This document shows positions 8,897 to 20,149 of a stretch of 64,000 nt of DNA, in pieces; positions within the stretch are counted from its first letter, which is position 1, and each line of letters opens with the position of its first letter. Below the pieces are notes generated by a model. The model was not told the origin of the DNA. It worked only from the letters and a program-made list of their open reading frames with translations, and searched no databases. Made by a program: the position numbers and the translations under genes. The DNA is from Candidatus Binataceae bacterium. GTDB lineage: Bacteria; Desulfobacterota; Binatia; Binatales; Binataceae. Location of the stretch: positions 430 to 64,429 of the forward strand of contig DATGHL010000047.1 in the NCBI GenBank assembly GCA_035308025.1. The letters run 5' to 3'.

Positions 8897-11293
8897 CTAG
8901 CTTTGGGCTTGCGCGCCGTAGCGGCGTTCGGGCTCGATGTGCGTCAGGAAGTGCGGCCGCATCCACGCAATCAACGCCGGCAGGATGAGCATCGCGGCAA
9001 GCAGATTGGTGACCATCAGGAGAATTAGGATCAGGCTCATCTCGTTCTGAAAGAGCAACGGCGACAAGGCCCACGGCGCAAGGCCGGCGACGATCACGAG
9101 GAAGGTGGCGATGACCCATCGGCCCGCACCGTGAATCGCGTAGCGCACCGCGTCATCGAGCTCGAGTCCCGCCGCCATCGCGTCCTGAATCCCGGCCAGG
9201 AGGTAAACGGCAAAGCAGAGACCGAGCCCCATCCCGAGCGAGATGACCGAGATGGTATCGGTGGTGAGACCGATGGCATTCTGATTCAAGTAGGCGAAGC
9301 CGAGAAAGTTTGCCGCCATCGCGATCAGCACCAGCAGTGCGCCGGCGAGGAACGAACGCGCCATAATTGCGCCGAGGATGAAGATAGCTGAGAGGACGAG
9401 CGCGAGATTCAGTAGATTGAGCCGCTGCGTGACGTCATTGATTGCCAGGTAGAGTCCGGCTTCGCCTCCAAGGTAGAGCAGCTTGACCTGATTGAGACCA
9501 TGGTCCGGCGTCACGCGCTCGCGCACAAAAGTGTCGAGGTCTGCGCGCAGGCGGTTGAGCCGCGCCGCAGTGTGGTCCGGCAGGAGCATCAGGATACGGC
9601 CGTTGCGTGCGGAGGGCTGGTAGGCGAAGTAGGCCTTGGGCTCGTCGGGCGCGGCGGCGCCGAAAAAGAAGCCCCACAGATTCGCACTGAGCATCTCGCT
9701 GTCGGGAATCGCCATGAACTTGGGAAAACCGTTGTGCAGCAACATGTTCATCGGCTTTTCGGCGACATTGCCGAAGCCGAGCACGGCCGAGGCGTCGCCG
9801 CGTTCGAGCAGATAATCTGCGAGGTCGTCGCCCATCCGCATCGTCGCGGTGCCCATCGTAGATTGAGGGCTGGGGAACTCCGGTGTTTCGAGCACCACCC
9901 AGGCGGTATTGGTTGGAACAAAGCGGGCGATTTCAGCGGTGTCCCGATTGATTTTCGCATCTTCCCGATAGATCGGAGTGCCTGGGGTCTGATAGCCGAT
10001 AAGCACGCGTTGCTCGGCGACGAGGCCCACAATCAGGGCAACGACGGCGGCGCCGATCAGGACGAGGCGCGGCCAGCCGGCGCTAATCGTGAGATTGGTG
10101 AGGCGATCGCGCCATCCGCGGCGCACGCCAACCGGAGCGCGATGCAGCTCCGGTGACGGCAGATAGCTCACGAGAATCGGCTGACCGGCGAAAACCACGA
10201 CGAGACTCGCGCCCATCCATACCGCGCCGCCGATTCCGAGTTGCCGCAAGACCGGGATACTGCCCACCGCGACGAAGGCAATGCCCGCGATACTGATCAG
10301 CACGGCGATCAGGCCCGGCCGCCACAGCGCATCGGCGGTGGTCACGCAGGCTCCAATCTTATCGTCCTGGCGATCGAGCTCGTGATAAAAATGTCCCTGC
10401 CATTGGATGCCGTGACCGAGATCCCGCGCGGTCATGATCAAGGGTAGGACCAGCATCGCCGGGTCGAAGTTGTAACCCTTGAGGCTCATAAAGCCGACGC
10501 CCCATATGGCGGAACAGACCCCGGTCACGACCGGCGCCCACCAGCCGCGCCGCCGTCCGAGGCAGAGCCAGGTCAACAACAGCATCAGGGCGAATGACGC
10601 GCCGAAGATCTTCTCGATGCGCGGCAGATAATGGTAGCCCCAGGCCGCGAACATCAGAGGGCCACTGGCATAAATCGTCGTGTTGGCGTCCTGATGATCG
10701 CGAATGATTTGCTGAACGCCATCGAAGACCCCCACATAATCGAGCGTGCCTTCATTGAAACTCGCGACCACGAGTGCGCCCTTGAGATCTTCGGTGACGA
10801 GGCCCGCGAGCTGCTCGCGATGCACCAGGACATTAGCCTTGAGCTCGGCGATACCGGCAGCCGTCGCCGGGACCTTGGGCCACATGAAGGGTTCCGACTT
10901 GAGGACACCGGGCAAGGCGCGAGCGTAAAGCACGCGATAGGAAGCGAGCGAAAAGAGTTCGTTATGGTTGACCCCGGGGAGGGCGTTAACCTTATCGCTC
11001 ATATCCTGGATCGCGTGCAGCGTGCGCGGCGTGAAAATGTCGCCGTCTTTCACCCGCAGCATCAGGACTAGCGTCTGCGCCCCGCCATAGGCTTCGCGAA
11101 ACTGCCGGTAGAGGACGGTGTTGGGGTGCGCCGCCGGAAACAGGTCTTCAAATTTGGTCGCGATCGGAACGTGCATTGCCTGGTAACTCATGAAGGCGGT
11201 CACGGCGAGCAGGAGCAGACCGACCGGCTGGCGAAAGTCGAGCAGCCACGCGCCGTAGCTCCGCTGACGGGTCGAGCTTTTCCGATTCACCAC
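8897..11293 (-). CDS. RND-superfamily exporter of the MMPL/HpnN-like type (two 6-TM bundles with SSD, two periplasmic loops)
   Basis: 798 aa. The topology is TM1, large loop, 5 TM, large loop, 6 TM. It stands alone with no adaptor or OMF adjacent. Confidence 0.6.
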   Translation of the reverse strand: MVNRKSSTRQRSYGAWLLDFRQPVGLLLLAVTAFMSYQAMHVPIATKFEDLFPAAHPNTVLYRQFREAYGGAQTLVLMLRVKDGDIFTPRTLHAIQDMSDKVNALPGVNHNELFSLASYRVLYARALPGVLKSEPFMWPKVPATAAGIAELKANVLVHREQLAGLVTEDLKGALVVASFNEGTLDYVGVFDGVQQIIRDHQDANTTIYASGPLMFAAWGYHYLPRIEKIFGASFALMLLLTWLCLGRRRGWWAPVVTGVCSAIWGVGFMSLKGYNFDPAMLVLPLIMTARDLGHGIQWQGHFYHELDRQDDKIGACVTTADALWRPGLIAVLISIAGIAFVAVGSIPVLRQLGIGGAVWMGASLVVVFAGQPILVSYLPSPELHRAPVGVRRGWRDRLTNLTISAGWPRLVLIGAAVVALIVGLVAEQRVLIGYQTPGTPIYREDAKINRDTAEIARFVPTNTAWVVLETPEFPSPQSTMGTATMRMGDDLADYLLERGDASAVLGFGNVAEKPMNMLLHNGFPKFMAIPDSEMLSANLWGFFFGAAAPDEPKAYFAYQPSARNGRILMLLPDHTAARLNRLRADLDTFVRERVTPDHGLNQVKLLYLGGEAGLYLAINDVTQRLNLLNLALVLSAIFILGAIMARSFLAGALLVLIAMAANFLGFAYLNQNAIGLTTDTISVISLGMGLGLCFAVYLLAGIQDAMAAGLELDDAVRYAIHGAGRWVIATFLVIVAGLAPWALSPLLFQNEMSLILILLMVTNLLAAMLILPALIAWMRPHFLTHIEPERRYGAQAQS

Positions 11294-11390
11294 GTTATCC
11301 TTTCGGAGCCGGGCGGCTGCGGGACTAGACCAAGTACCGTAACCGCCTGACTCGGTTGGGCGGGCCCGTCAGGCACAAGGATCACGGCAA

Positions 11391-12248
11391 TCAGTTCACG
11401 TGTTCCCAGGCATGATAGGAGCTGCGCACGAGCGGACCGGATTCGACGTGGCGAAAGCCCAGAGCGATTCCGATCGCTTTGAGCTCGGCGAACTCGGCGG
11501 GCGGGACGTAGCGCACGACCGGAAGATGATCCGGCGAGGGGCGCAGATACTGCCCGAGCGTCAGGATGTCGCACCCGGCGGCGCGCAGGTCGCGGAGCAC
11601 CTGGATGAGCTCGTCGCGCTCCTCACCGAGGCCCAGCATCACGCCGGCTTTGGTGAGCAACGCGCGGCCGTGCGCCGCCGCCTTGGCGTAAGCGAGGACC
11701 TCGAGCGAGAGCTCATAGCGGCCGCCGGGGCGGCATTTCCGGTAGAGGCTCGGCACAGTCTCGATATTGTGATTGTAGATGTCGACCGGCGCGGCGACCA
11801 CGGTCTCGACGCTCGCGTGCGCGCCCTTGAAATCGGGCACCAGCACTTCGACCCGCGCGCCGGGCGTCGCGGCCTTGATCGCGTGCGCGGTCGCGGCGAA
11901 ATGCGCAGCGCCGCCGTCGGCGAGATCGTCGCGATCCACCGACGTCACAACGACATGTTGCAACCCCAGCCGCGCCACCGCCTCGCCTATACGTCGGGGC
12001 TCGTCGGGATCGAGCGGGCGCACGCGGCCGTGCGCGACTGCGCAGTAGGGACAATTGCGCGTGCAGACATCGCCCATCAGCATGAAGGTGGCCGTGCGAT
12101 GCCCGAAGCACTCACCGATATTCGGACAGCAGGCCTCCTGACAGACTGTGTGCAGCTTGAGCTCGGCGAGCGTCGCGCGCGTGCGGAAGTATTCGGGCGA
12201 GGTGGGCGCGCGAACCTTGATCCACTCCGGATGTTTGCGCTCGCCCAT
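11391..12248 (-). CDS. lipA: Lipoyl synthase
   Basis: It carries the two radical-SAM/auxiliary cluster motifs CQEACCPNIGEC and CTRNCPYC. Confidence 0.9.
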   Translation of the reverse strand: MGERKHPEWIKVRAPTSPEYFRTRATLAELKLHTVCQEACCPNIGECFGHRTATFMLMGDVCTRNCPYCAVAHGRVRPLDPDEPRRIGEAVARLGLQHVVVTSVDRDDLADGGAAHFAATAHAIKAATPGARVEVLVPDFKGAHASVETVVAAPVDIYNHNIETVPSLYRKCRPGGRYELSLEVLAYAKAAAHGRALLTKAGVMLGLGEERDELIQVLRDLRAAGCDILTLGQYLRPSPDHLPVVRYVPPAEFAELKAIGIALGFRHVESGPLVRSSYHAWEHVN

Positions 12249-12251
12249 GAT

Positions 12252-12947
12252 TTATCCGTGAGCAGCGAGGTCGTCGGGCGCGGCGGGAGTTGCGACGAGC
12301 GCGCGGCCGTTGAGAGCTTCAACTTGCTGATAGCCAAAAACCGCAGCGAACGCCTCTGCGATCAGCCCCGAGAATGCGGCCATCGAGACCCCTTCGACTC
12401 CAAGCTTGGCGATCGAGGTCATATGGCAGCCGGCAATTCCGCACGGCACGATCCGCGCGAAGCCGTCGGGGTCGATCGCGACGTTAACCGCGAAGCCATG
12501 CAGCGTCACCCAGCGGCGGATACCGACTCCGATTGAGGCAATCTTCTCAGTCCCAACCCATACGCCGGTCAACCCGGCGCGGCGCTCGGCGGCGATACCG
12601 CAACGCGCGAGCGCCGCGATGATCACCTGCTCGAGCCGGCGCAGGTAGCGCATGACGTCGCGCTCCGCGCCTTCGAGCTTCAGGATTGGATAGCCGACCA
12701 GTTGGCCGGGCCCGTGCCAGGTCACCTGCCCGCCGCGCGATACGCGATGAATCGGCACGCCCGCGGGCGGGTCGAGGAGGAAGCGTTCATCAGCGCCGCG
12801 GCCGAGCGTGTAAGTCGGGGGATGCTCGAGCACGAGCAGCGTATCAGCGCTCGTGTCATGCGATCGTTGCGCGACCAGCGCCTGCTGCAACTCGAGCGCC
12901 GCAGCGTAATCGACGCGGCCGAGGCGGGCGATGCGCAGAATCGACAT
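12252..12947 (-). CDS. lipB: Lipoyl(octanoyl) transferase
   Basis: 231 aa with LipB-like motifs (RGGQVTWHGPGQLVGYPIL). It is tightly linked between lpd and lipA. Confidence 0.8.
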   Translation of the reverse strand: MSILRIARLGRVDYAAALELQQALVAQRSHDTSADTLLVLEHPPTYTLGRGADERFLLDPPAGVPIHRVSRGGQVTWHGPGQLVGYPILKLEGAERDVMRYLRRLEQVIIAALARCGIAAERRAGLTGVWVGTEKIASIGVGIRRWVTLHGFAVNVAIDPDGFARIVPCGIAGCHMTSIAKLGVEGVSMAAFSGLIAEAFAAVFGYQQVEALNGRALVATPAAPDDLAAHG

Positions 12948-14356
12948 CAGAAGTTAATCGCCTCGCCCTCCGCCGCGAGCGCAGCCTCCATGATGGTCTC
13001 GGAGAGCGTCGGATGAGGGTGCACGCTGCGGCCAATCTCGGCGGTGGTCGTTTCGAGTGTCTTTCCGAGCACCACTTCGGAGATCAGGTCGGTGGCATGA
13101 TGGCCGATGATCTGACATCCGAGCACTTCGCCGTATTGTTTGCTGGCGACGATTTTGACGAAGCCCTCGGTCTGATTGACCGCAACTGATTTGCCGTTGG
13201 AGCGGAACGGAATCTTGCCGACCTTGACTTCGATTCCCCGCGCAACCGCGTCCGCTTCGCTCAAGCCGACGGTCGCAACTTCCGGTTCGCAATAGATGCA
13301 GCCTGGGATGGCGAGCAAGTCGAAGCCGGGCTCGCGCACCCCGGCCATGATCTCAACCGCGGCGATACCCTCGGCGGAGGCCTTATGCGCCAGCAACGGC
13401 ATCCGCGCGACGTCGCCGATCGCATAGATAGTCGCGCACGAGGTGCGGAACGAATCATCAATCTTGATAAAGCCGCGCTCGACTTCGATGCCGACGCGGT
13501 CGAGACCGAGGTCGCGGCTGAGCGGGCCGCGTCCGACCGCGACCAGCACTGCCTCCGCCTCGACGGTCTTGGCGGCGCCGGCGACGTCGAGGGTGACGGT
13601 CCATTTGCCGTCGTGGCGCGTCATCGATTTGTAGCCGTGGCCGAGCAGGATATTGGCGCCGCGCTTGACGAAGGCCTTGCGCAGTTCTTCGGCAACCTCG
13701 GCGTCGAAGCCCGGCAGCATCTGCTTTTCTAGCTCGACAATCGTCAGCTTGGCGCCGAAGGCTTGGTAGAAGTATCCAAATTCTAGTCCGATGGCGCCGG
13801 CGCCGATGACAATGATGCTAGCGGGGACGTGATCGTGAAGCAGGGCCTCGCGGCTAGTCATAACGCCGTCGCCGACGGCCATCCCGGGGAAAAGACGCTC
13901 GCCCGAGCCGGTCGCGATGAGGATGCGCTCGGCTTCGACGGCCTCGGCGGGGGGCGCCGGTTTGCCCGGCGCGGGCGTCAGGGCGACGCGGTTCGGCCCG
14001 CTGATCGCGCCGTGAGCTTCGATGTAATCGACCTTGTTCTTGCGCAGTAGAAAGCGCACGCCCTTCGAGAGCTTGTCGGCGGCCTCGCGGCTGCGCGCGA
14101 TGACGCGCTTGAAATCGACGCTGACCTCGCCGACCGCGATCCCGTGCTCCTGCGCCGCGCCGCGAATCGTCTCCATCGCTTCAGCGGAGTTGAGCAGGGC
14201 CTTGCTCGGGATACAACCCCAATTCAGGCAGACGCCGCCCGGCAGATCGCGCTCGATAACTGCGACTTTCATCTTGAGCTGGCTCGCCCGTATCGCGGCG
14301 ACATAACCGCCGGGACCTGAGCCAATCACGACAAGATCATAACGGGAGTTGGCCAA
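12947..14356 (-). CDS. lpd: Dihydrolipoyl dehydrogenase (E3)
   Basis: 469 aa with an FAD motif (VIGSGPGGYVAAIRA), the redox disulfide GGVCLNWGCIPSK, and the C-terminal HAHPT-like motif HPHPTLSE. Confidence 0.9.
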   Translation of the reverse strand: MANSRYDLVVIGSGPGGYVAAIRASQLKMKVAVIERDLPGGVCLNWGCIPSKALLNSAEAMETIRGAAQEHGIAVGEVSVDFKRVIARSREAADKLSKGVRFLLRKNKVDYIEAHGAISGPNRVALTPAPGKPAPPAEAVEAERILIATGSGERLFPGMAVGDGVMTSREALLHDHVPASIIVIGAGAIGLEFGYFYQAFGAKLTIVELEKQMLPGFDAEVAEELRKAFVKRGANILLGHGYKSMTRHDGKWTVTLDVAGAAKTVEAEAVLVAVGRGPLSRDLGLDRVGIEVERGFIKIDDSFRTSCATIYAIGDVARMPLLAHKASAEGIAAVEIMAGVREPGFDLLAIPGCIYCEPEVATVGLSEADAVARGIEVKVGKIPFRSNGKSVAVNQTEGFVKIVASKQYGEVLGCQIIGHHATDLISEVVLGKTLETTTAEIGRSVHPHPTLSETIMEAALAAEGEAINF

Positions 14357-14390
14357 GCTTCACCTCGTGGCGAGCATCATACACGCCGCC

Positions 14391-15902
14391 TTACGAAACT
14401 AGCAGGCTTGCCGGGTTTTCGAGAAAGCGTTTGATCTCGTTGACGAAGCGCGCGCCAACCACGCCGTCGATGATGCGATGGTCGCAGGCCACCGTCAGCA
14501 TCATGGTTTTGCCGACGGCCAACTGGCCGTTTCTCACCACCGGCTTTTCCTTGACCGCGCTGACCGCCAGGATGCCGGCCTGCGGCGGGACGATGACCGC
14601 GGCGAAATGCTCGACCCCGAGCATCCCCATGTTCGAGATGGTGAAAGTCCCACCCGACAGATCGTCGCCGCTGAAGCCGCCGCGCGCCGCCTTGCCGACC
14701 AGCCGATGGGCGGCCGCAGAGATTTCCGGCAGCGTCAGCCGCTCGCATTCGTGAATCACCGGAACGATCAACCCGTCCTCGACCGCCACCGCCATCCCGA
14801 TATTGATATGCGGATAGATGACCACGCCGTCGTCCTGAAAACTCGCATTCATGCGCGTATAGCGCGCCAGCGCCAGCGCAGTCGCTTTGACGATGATGTC
14901 GTTGTAGGTGATGTCCTCTTCGAACAGCTCGGTCACTTCGAGCGACTTCTTGAGCTTGACCGCCTCTTCCATATCGACCTCCACGGTGACGTAGAAGTGC
15001 GGGATTTCGCGCTTGGACTGGGCCATCCGCTGCGCGATCGTGCGGCGCATCTTCGAGAGCTCTTCGCGCGTGCCCGGCAGCCCCTCGCGCGGCGCGACCA
15101 GGCGGCGGAAGCGGAAGAGCTGCTGCTCACGAACGAAATTATCGATATCGCGCTTGGTGACGCGCCCCTCCGGCCCGCTGCCATGGACCTGCGCCAGGTC
15201 GATGCCGGCTTCGTCGGCGGCGCGCCGCGCCAGCGGCGAGGCGCGCAGCTTGCCGTCGTGAGGCGCCGGTGGATGAGGCTCCGTGGTCGCGAGCGCGCGG
15301 GGCGGCGGCGCGGCGATCGCGGTCGGCGTCGCCGACGGATGAGCGCTGAGCGCAGGATGGCTCTCGTGGGATAAGGGAAACGCGCCGCCGTCGTCGGCGT
15401 CCGCCGGCGCTTCGGGATCGTCTTTCGTAAAGACGGAAGCGGGATTCTCCATAGCGTTCGTCGAGGCTTCGGGCGGAGCCTGAGGGGCCGCTTTCTCCGC
15501 GGCGCGGCGTTTGGCGGGACGGATTGGCGTAACGCGCTCGGCGGTTGACGACCGCTTTGCGGTTGAATTTTCCACCGGCGCGAGAGCCTCGGGAGTTGCC
15601 GCTCGAGGCGCCGACGCCGCAGTGTTGCGCGATTCTCCCGCCGTGCCACCTGCCGACGCGCCATCCGCTGCACGCAGCATCGCGATCGTCGCGCCGACCG
15701 GCGCCGATTCGCCCTCCTTGAGCCGAATCTCTTCGAGCACGCCGTCATCGAACGATTCCATCACCATGTCGGCCTTGTCGGTCTCGACTTCGGCCAAGGC
15801 GTCGCCGTGACGAACCTGATCGCCCGGATGCTTGAGCCAGCGAATGATTTTGCCTTCCTCCATCGTGTCGGAAAGCTTCGGCATCGTGATTTCATTGCTC
15901 AT
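14391..15902 (-). CDS. Dihydrolipoamide acetyltransferase (E2) of a 2-oxoacid (pyruvate) dehydrogenase complex
   Basis: It has an N-terminal lipoyl domain (ETDKADMVMESFDDGVLEEI), a long Ala/Pro-rich linker, and a C-terminal catalytic domain with DHRIIDG. Confidence 0.85.
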   Translation of the reverse strand: MSNEITMPKLSDTMEEGKIIRWLKHPGDQVRHGDALAEVETDKADMVMESFDDGVLEEIRLKEGESAPVGATIAMLRAADGASAGGTAGESRNTAASAPRAATPEALAPVENSTAKRSSTAERVTPIRPAKRRAAEKAAPQAPPEASTNAMENPASVFTKDDPEAPADADDGGAFPLSHESHPALSAHPSATPTAIAAPPPRALATTEPHPPAPHDGKLRASPLARRAADEAGIDLAQVHGSGPEGRVTKRDIDNFVREQQLFRFRRLVAPREGLPGTREELSKMRRTIAQRMAQSKREIPHFYVTVEVDMEEAVKLKKSLEVTELFEEDITYNDIIVKATALALARYTRMNASFQDDGVVIYPHINIGMAVAVEDGLIVPVIHECERLTLPEISAAAHRLVGKAARGGFSGDDLSGGTFTISNMGMLGVEHFAAVIVPPQAGILAVSAVKEKPVVRNGQLAVGKTMMLTVACDHRIIDGVVGARFVNEIKRFLENPASLLVS

Positions 15903-15973
15903 GAGTGAATCCTTCAGGTGGTCGCCTGCGCTGACGATGAGGCATGAATCAGATAATCAACCCGCCGGATTGC

Positions 15974-16945
<972 letters not shown>

Positions 16946-16961
16946 CTTAGTCTGTCACCAT

Positions 16962-17981
16962 CTAGGCGTCCCGGTTTTCTTCGACGTAAACATATTTTCC
17001 GAGGGTCTCGAGGCCGGGCTCGGGACTTTCCTCGGCGAACTTCACCGCGTCGTCAATAACCGCGACAACCTCGCGCTCGGCCTCGTCGAGCTGGGCCTCG
17101 CTGACTCGTTGATCGAGCAACATGCGGCGGCGGAGATTCTTGATCGGATCGCGCTCCTGCCAGATGCGCTCCTCGCGGCGCGAGCGGTACTCGGCCGGGT
17201 CCGACATCGAGTGGCCGCGAAAGCGATAGGTCACCGCCTCGATCAGCGAGGGGCCGTCGCCCTCGCGCGCACGCGCCGCAGCTTCGGTCGCCGCGCCATA
17301 AACGTCGAGTACGTTCATCCCGTCCACGCGCACGCCCGGCATCTTGTAGGGCTCGGCGAAACGGTAGAGCTCTTCCTGACAGATGGCGTTCTGCACCATC
17401 GTGCCCATCCCGTAGAAGTTGTTCTCGCAGACGAAAACCACCGGCAGCTTCCAGAGCGAGGCGAGGTTGAGGCTTTCGTGAAAGGCGCCCTGCGGCAGCG
17501 CGCCGTCGCCGAAGAAGCAACACACGACGTCGGGTTCCTCGCGGTACTTGGCCGAGAGGCCGAGGCCGGTCGCGATCGGCAGGCCGCCGCCCACGATCGC
17601 GTAGCCGCCCATGAAGCGCAGATTCGGATCAAACAGATGCATCGAGCCGCCGTGGCCGCGCGAGAGCCCGGTCGCTTTGCCGAAGAGTTCGGCCATCACG
17701 GCGCGCGGCGACGCCCCCTTGGCGAGACAATGGCCATGCTCGCGATAGGTCGAAACCACGTAGTCCTTGCTGTTGAGCGCCGCGATCGCGCCGACCGCCA
17801 CCGCCTCCTCTCCAGCGTACAGATGGCAAAAGCCGGTGATCTTGCCGCGCGAGTACATCTCGGCAGTCTTTTCTTCGAAGCGGCGAATCAGCACCATCCG
17901 CCGGTAAAGGTCGAGCAACTGAACCTCGTCCATCGTGAGCAACGCCCGTTCAGCAATATGTTTGTCCCGTTCGAGGGCCAT
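16962..17981 (-). CDS. pdhA: Pyruvate dehydrogenase E1 component alpha subunit
   Basis: It contains the TPP-binding motif and GFCHLYAGEEAV. The start was trimmed to the ATG at 17981 (MALERDK...), which is preceded by GGGAG. The 5' 83 codons of the tracked ORF are GC-rich read-through. Confidence 0.8.
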   Translation of the reverse strand: MALERDKHIAERALLTMDEVQLLDLYRRMVLIRRFEEKTAEMYSRGKITGFCHLYAGEEAVAVGAIAALNSKDYVVSTYREHGHCLAKGASPRAVMAELFGKATGLSRGHGGSMHLFDPNLRFMGGYAIVGGGLPIATGLGLSAKYREEPDVVCCFFGDGALPQGAFHESLNLASLWKLPVVFVCENNFYGMGTMVQNAICQEELYRFAEPYKMPGVRVDGMNVLDVYGAATEAAARAREGDGPSLIEAVTYRFRGHSMSDPAEYRSRREERIWQERDPIKNLRRRMLLDQRVSEAQLDEAEREVVAVIDDAVKFAEESPEPGLETLGKYVYVEENRDA

Positions 17982-18103
17982 CCAAATACTCCCTTGCGCC
18001 GCGCCGGCGCCGGACCAACTGATCAAAACAGTAACGCAATCCCACTGGCGGAGTAAGGGAGTTAACGATTTAGCGCGCATCAGCCGTGCAAAGCCCAGGA
18101 ACA

Positions 18104-18886
18104 CTATTGCCGATCGACCGCTCGATAGCGGGTGCCGACGACAGCCCAGTCGAGGTGGTCGAGAAATCGCGTCACATAAATCTCGCGACTCCGGTAATCG
18201 ATCGACCAGGCGTGGTCGGCCACATCGCACACTACCAGCGGGTTCGCGCCCGTCCAGCCGCCCGCGTTCTGCGCCCCGGTCGCGACGTTGTGCCAGCGGT
18301 CGTCGTAGGGATCATAGACGAGCATCGCCCATTCCTCGGCGCCGCGCGCGCACGCGCTGAAATCCTCGCGCCAGTCGGCCATCGCGCCCATATGCTCGTT
18401 CATATTCGCGATCAGGTATTGCGAGGGAGTAGTCGGGGCGTCAGCCAGAATGCGAAAATAGAATTCGTGCAAGAGGACGGAATTCGCTGCCGTCATTTGC
18501 GCATTGCGCAGCTCGGCGTATTCCTTGGCCTGAGCGCTGCTGCGCGGCGCGGTGGCAAGTGCGCTCTCTGCAGCCTGAAGCCTGGCAAACTGTTCGCGGT
18601 AAACCGCATAGTTCTGCCCGAGTTGACGCCGTGAAAGAAAGCCCGGAATCTCGGCGCGCGGCAACTGCATCAGGGTGCGCGGCTGAAACCCGGACAGCCC
18701 TTTCAAGAGCCCTTCGAATGACAGGCCCGTCTCCGTCGGCGGCGCCGCAAAGGCGCGCCGCACAATTCCGTTGCTCAGCGCCGAGCCGGCAACTCCGGCT
18801 GTCATCAATGCCGCGGCGCGCAGGAAGCGCCGCCGCGCGCGATTCGCCATTTTGGCGGAAGCTCCCTCTGTTCCCCGCGCCATCAT
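18104..18886 (-). CDS. Tat-signal Fe/Mn superoxide-dismutase-like protein (degenerate)
   Basis: It has a twin-arginine leader (RRRFLRAAALMTAGVAGSA). The SOD-like motifs are LHEFYF (compare NHTFYW) and GWTGANPLVVCDVADHAWSIDYR (compare GWxWL...DVWEHAYYIDYRN). The first metal-ligand His region is not conserved. The start ATG at 18886 is preceded by AGAGGT. Confidence 0.55.
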   Translation of the reverse strand: MMARGTEGASAKMANRARRRFLRAAALMTAGVAGSALSNGIVRRAFAAPPTETGLSFEGLLKGLSGFQPRTLMQLPRAEIPGFLSRRQLGQNYAVYREQFARLQAAESALATAPRSSAQAKEYAELRNAQMTAANSVLLHEFYFRILADAPTTPSQYLIANMNEHMGAMADWREDFSACARGAEEWAMLVYDPYDDRWHNVATGAQNAGGWTGANPLVVCDVADHAWSIDYRSREIYVTRFLDHLDWAVVGTRYRAVDRQ

Positions 18887-20112
18887 CAATTTACCTCTTC
18901 GTCGGCGGGATGCGCCGACCGGAATTGCGCGAGCAGAATCAGGTCGTAAAGTATTTTCAGGCCCCCCGCGCAGATTAGCGGCCAGCCGAAGTTTGAGGCG
19001 TCGAGCAGTGCGCCGGCCGGCAATGGCGCGAAGGCGCTGGCGAGACTGCGCGGGACGTTGGTGACGCTCGCCGCGGCGGCGCGCTCTTCGGGCTCGACGA
19101 TCGCCATCACATACGATTGCCGCGCCGGCACATCCATCGACGACAGCGCCGATCGCGCCAGCAGAAGCGCGATCGCCCGCCTGGCGTTGGGCATCAGGGC
19201 CGCCGCGATCAGCAACGCGTTCGCCGGGATATGCGTATAGGCCATCGTACGGACTCGTCCGATGCGGGCGGCGACAACTGTCGAGAGCAGTTGTGAAAGC
19301 GCGCCGAGCAATCCCGCGGCAAAGAAGAAAGTCCCGGCAACTTCGAGATCGAGATTGAAACGGCGAAACAGCCAAAGCGCCAGCAGCGACTGCACGACGA
19401 AACCGCCGCCGAAGGCGTCGAGGCTGAAGAGCGCCGAGAGCTTGAGCACCATGCGACGCGATTTTCCGAGTGACGCGCCGGCGCCCGTTGGCGGCGCCTG
19501 ATGCGTCGGCTGGCGCAGCTTCGCGTAAACCACGCCGGCTATAATCGCGATTATCGAATAGCCGAGGAAGACCATGCGTTCCGCCGCGACTGGACGGGAA
19601 CCGGCGCGGGCGGCCACTATCGCGGGGATTCCGCTCGCCAACGCACCGAGCGCTCCGGCAATCGCGCCGGCGACGTTGTAGAATCCGAACATCGAGGTCA
19701 GATCGCGGTCTGCGACCGATTCGGCCAGCGCGGTCTGCTCCGCCGGCAGAAAAAGACTGACATCGCCGGCGGAAGGGTTCATCGTCCCGATAACCGCGAC
19801 GGCGAACAGCGTCCAGAAACCGGCGGCGCTAAAAAACCCGATCCCGGTCGCAAACATCAGAACGCTGGCACTGATCAGGATACGCCGCGGCGCGATCCGG
19901 CTGCCGGCAAGGCCAACCCACAGCGTCAGCACCGCCGAACCCAGCAGCGTCCCGAAGACGATCGCGCCAACTTGAAACGAGCCCAATCCGATCGCTGTCA
20001 GATAACTCGGCAGGATGACGCTGACGGCACCGTCGGCGAAGCCGCGCAGCGCACGCGTCGCCAGCAGCAGTTTTGCGTCGGCAGACGCGCGCGCCGAAAA
20101 CCAGCCTGCCAT
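18885..20112 (-). CDS. MFS transporter (12 TMS)
   Basis: 408 aa, hydrophobic and helix-rich. Its TGA stop overlaps the ATG of the downstream SOD-like gene (ATGA coupling). Confidence 0.7.
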
Positions 20113-20149
20113 CCGGTCTTGCCAGCCGATTATCCGCGCTCTCGTGGCG

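Noticed and set aside
17982-18230. 5' extension of the E1-alpha ORF (tracked as 16962-18230, 422 aa)
   Set aside because: The 83-codon extension has no homology. The conserved PdhA sequence starts at MALERDK (ATG 17981), which has an upstream GGGAG.
18887-19375. 5' extension of the SOD-like ORF (tracked as 18104-19375, 423 aa), read through the MFS gene in another frame
   Set aside because: The extension is Arg-rich nonsense that overlaps the real MFS transporter gene. A Tat signal begins right after the ATG at 18886, and that ATG has an RBS.
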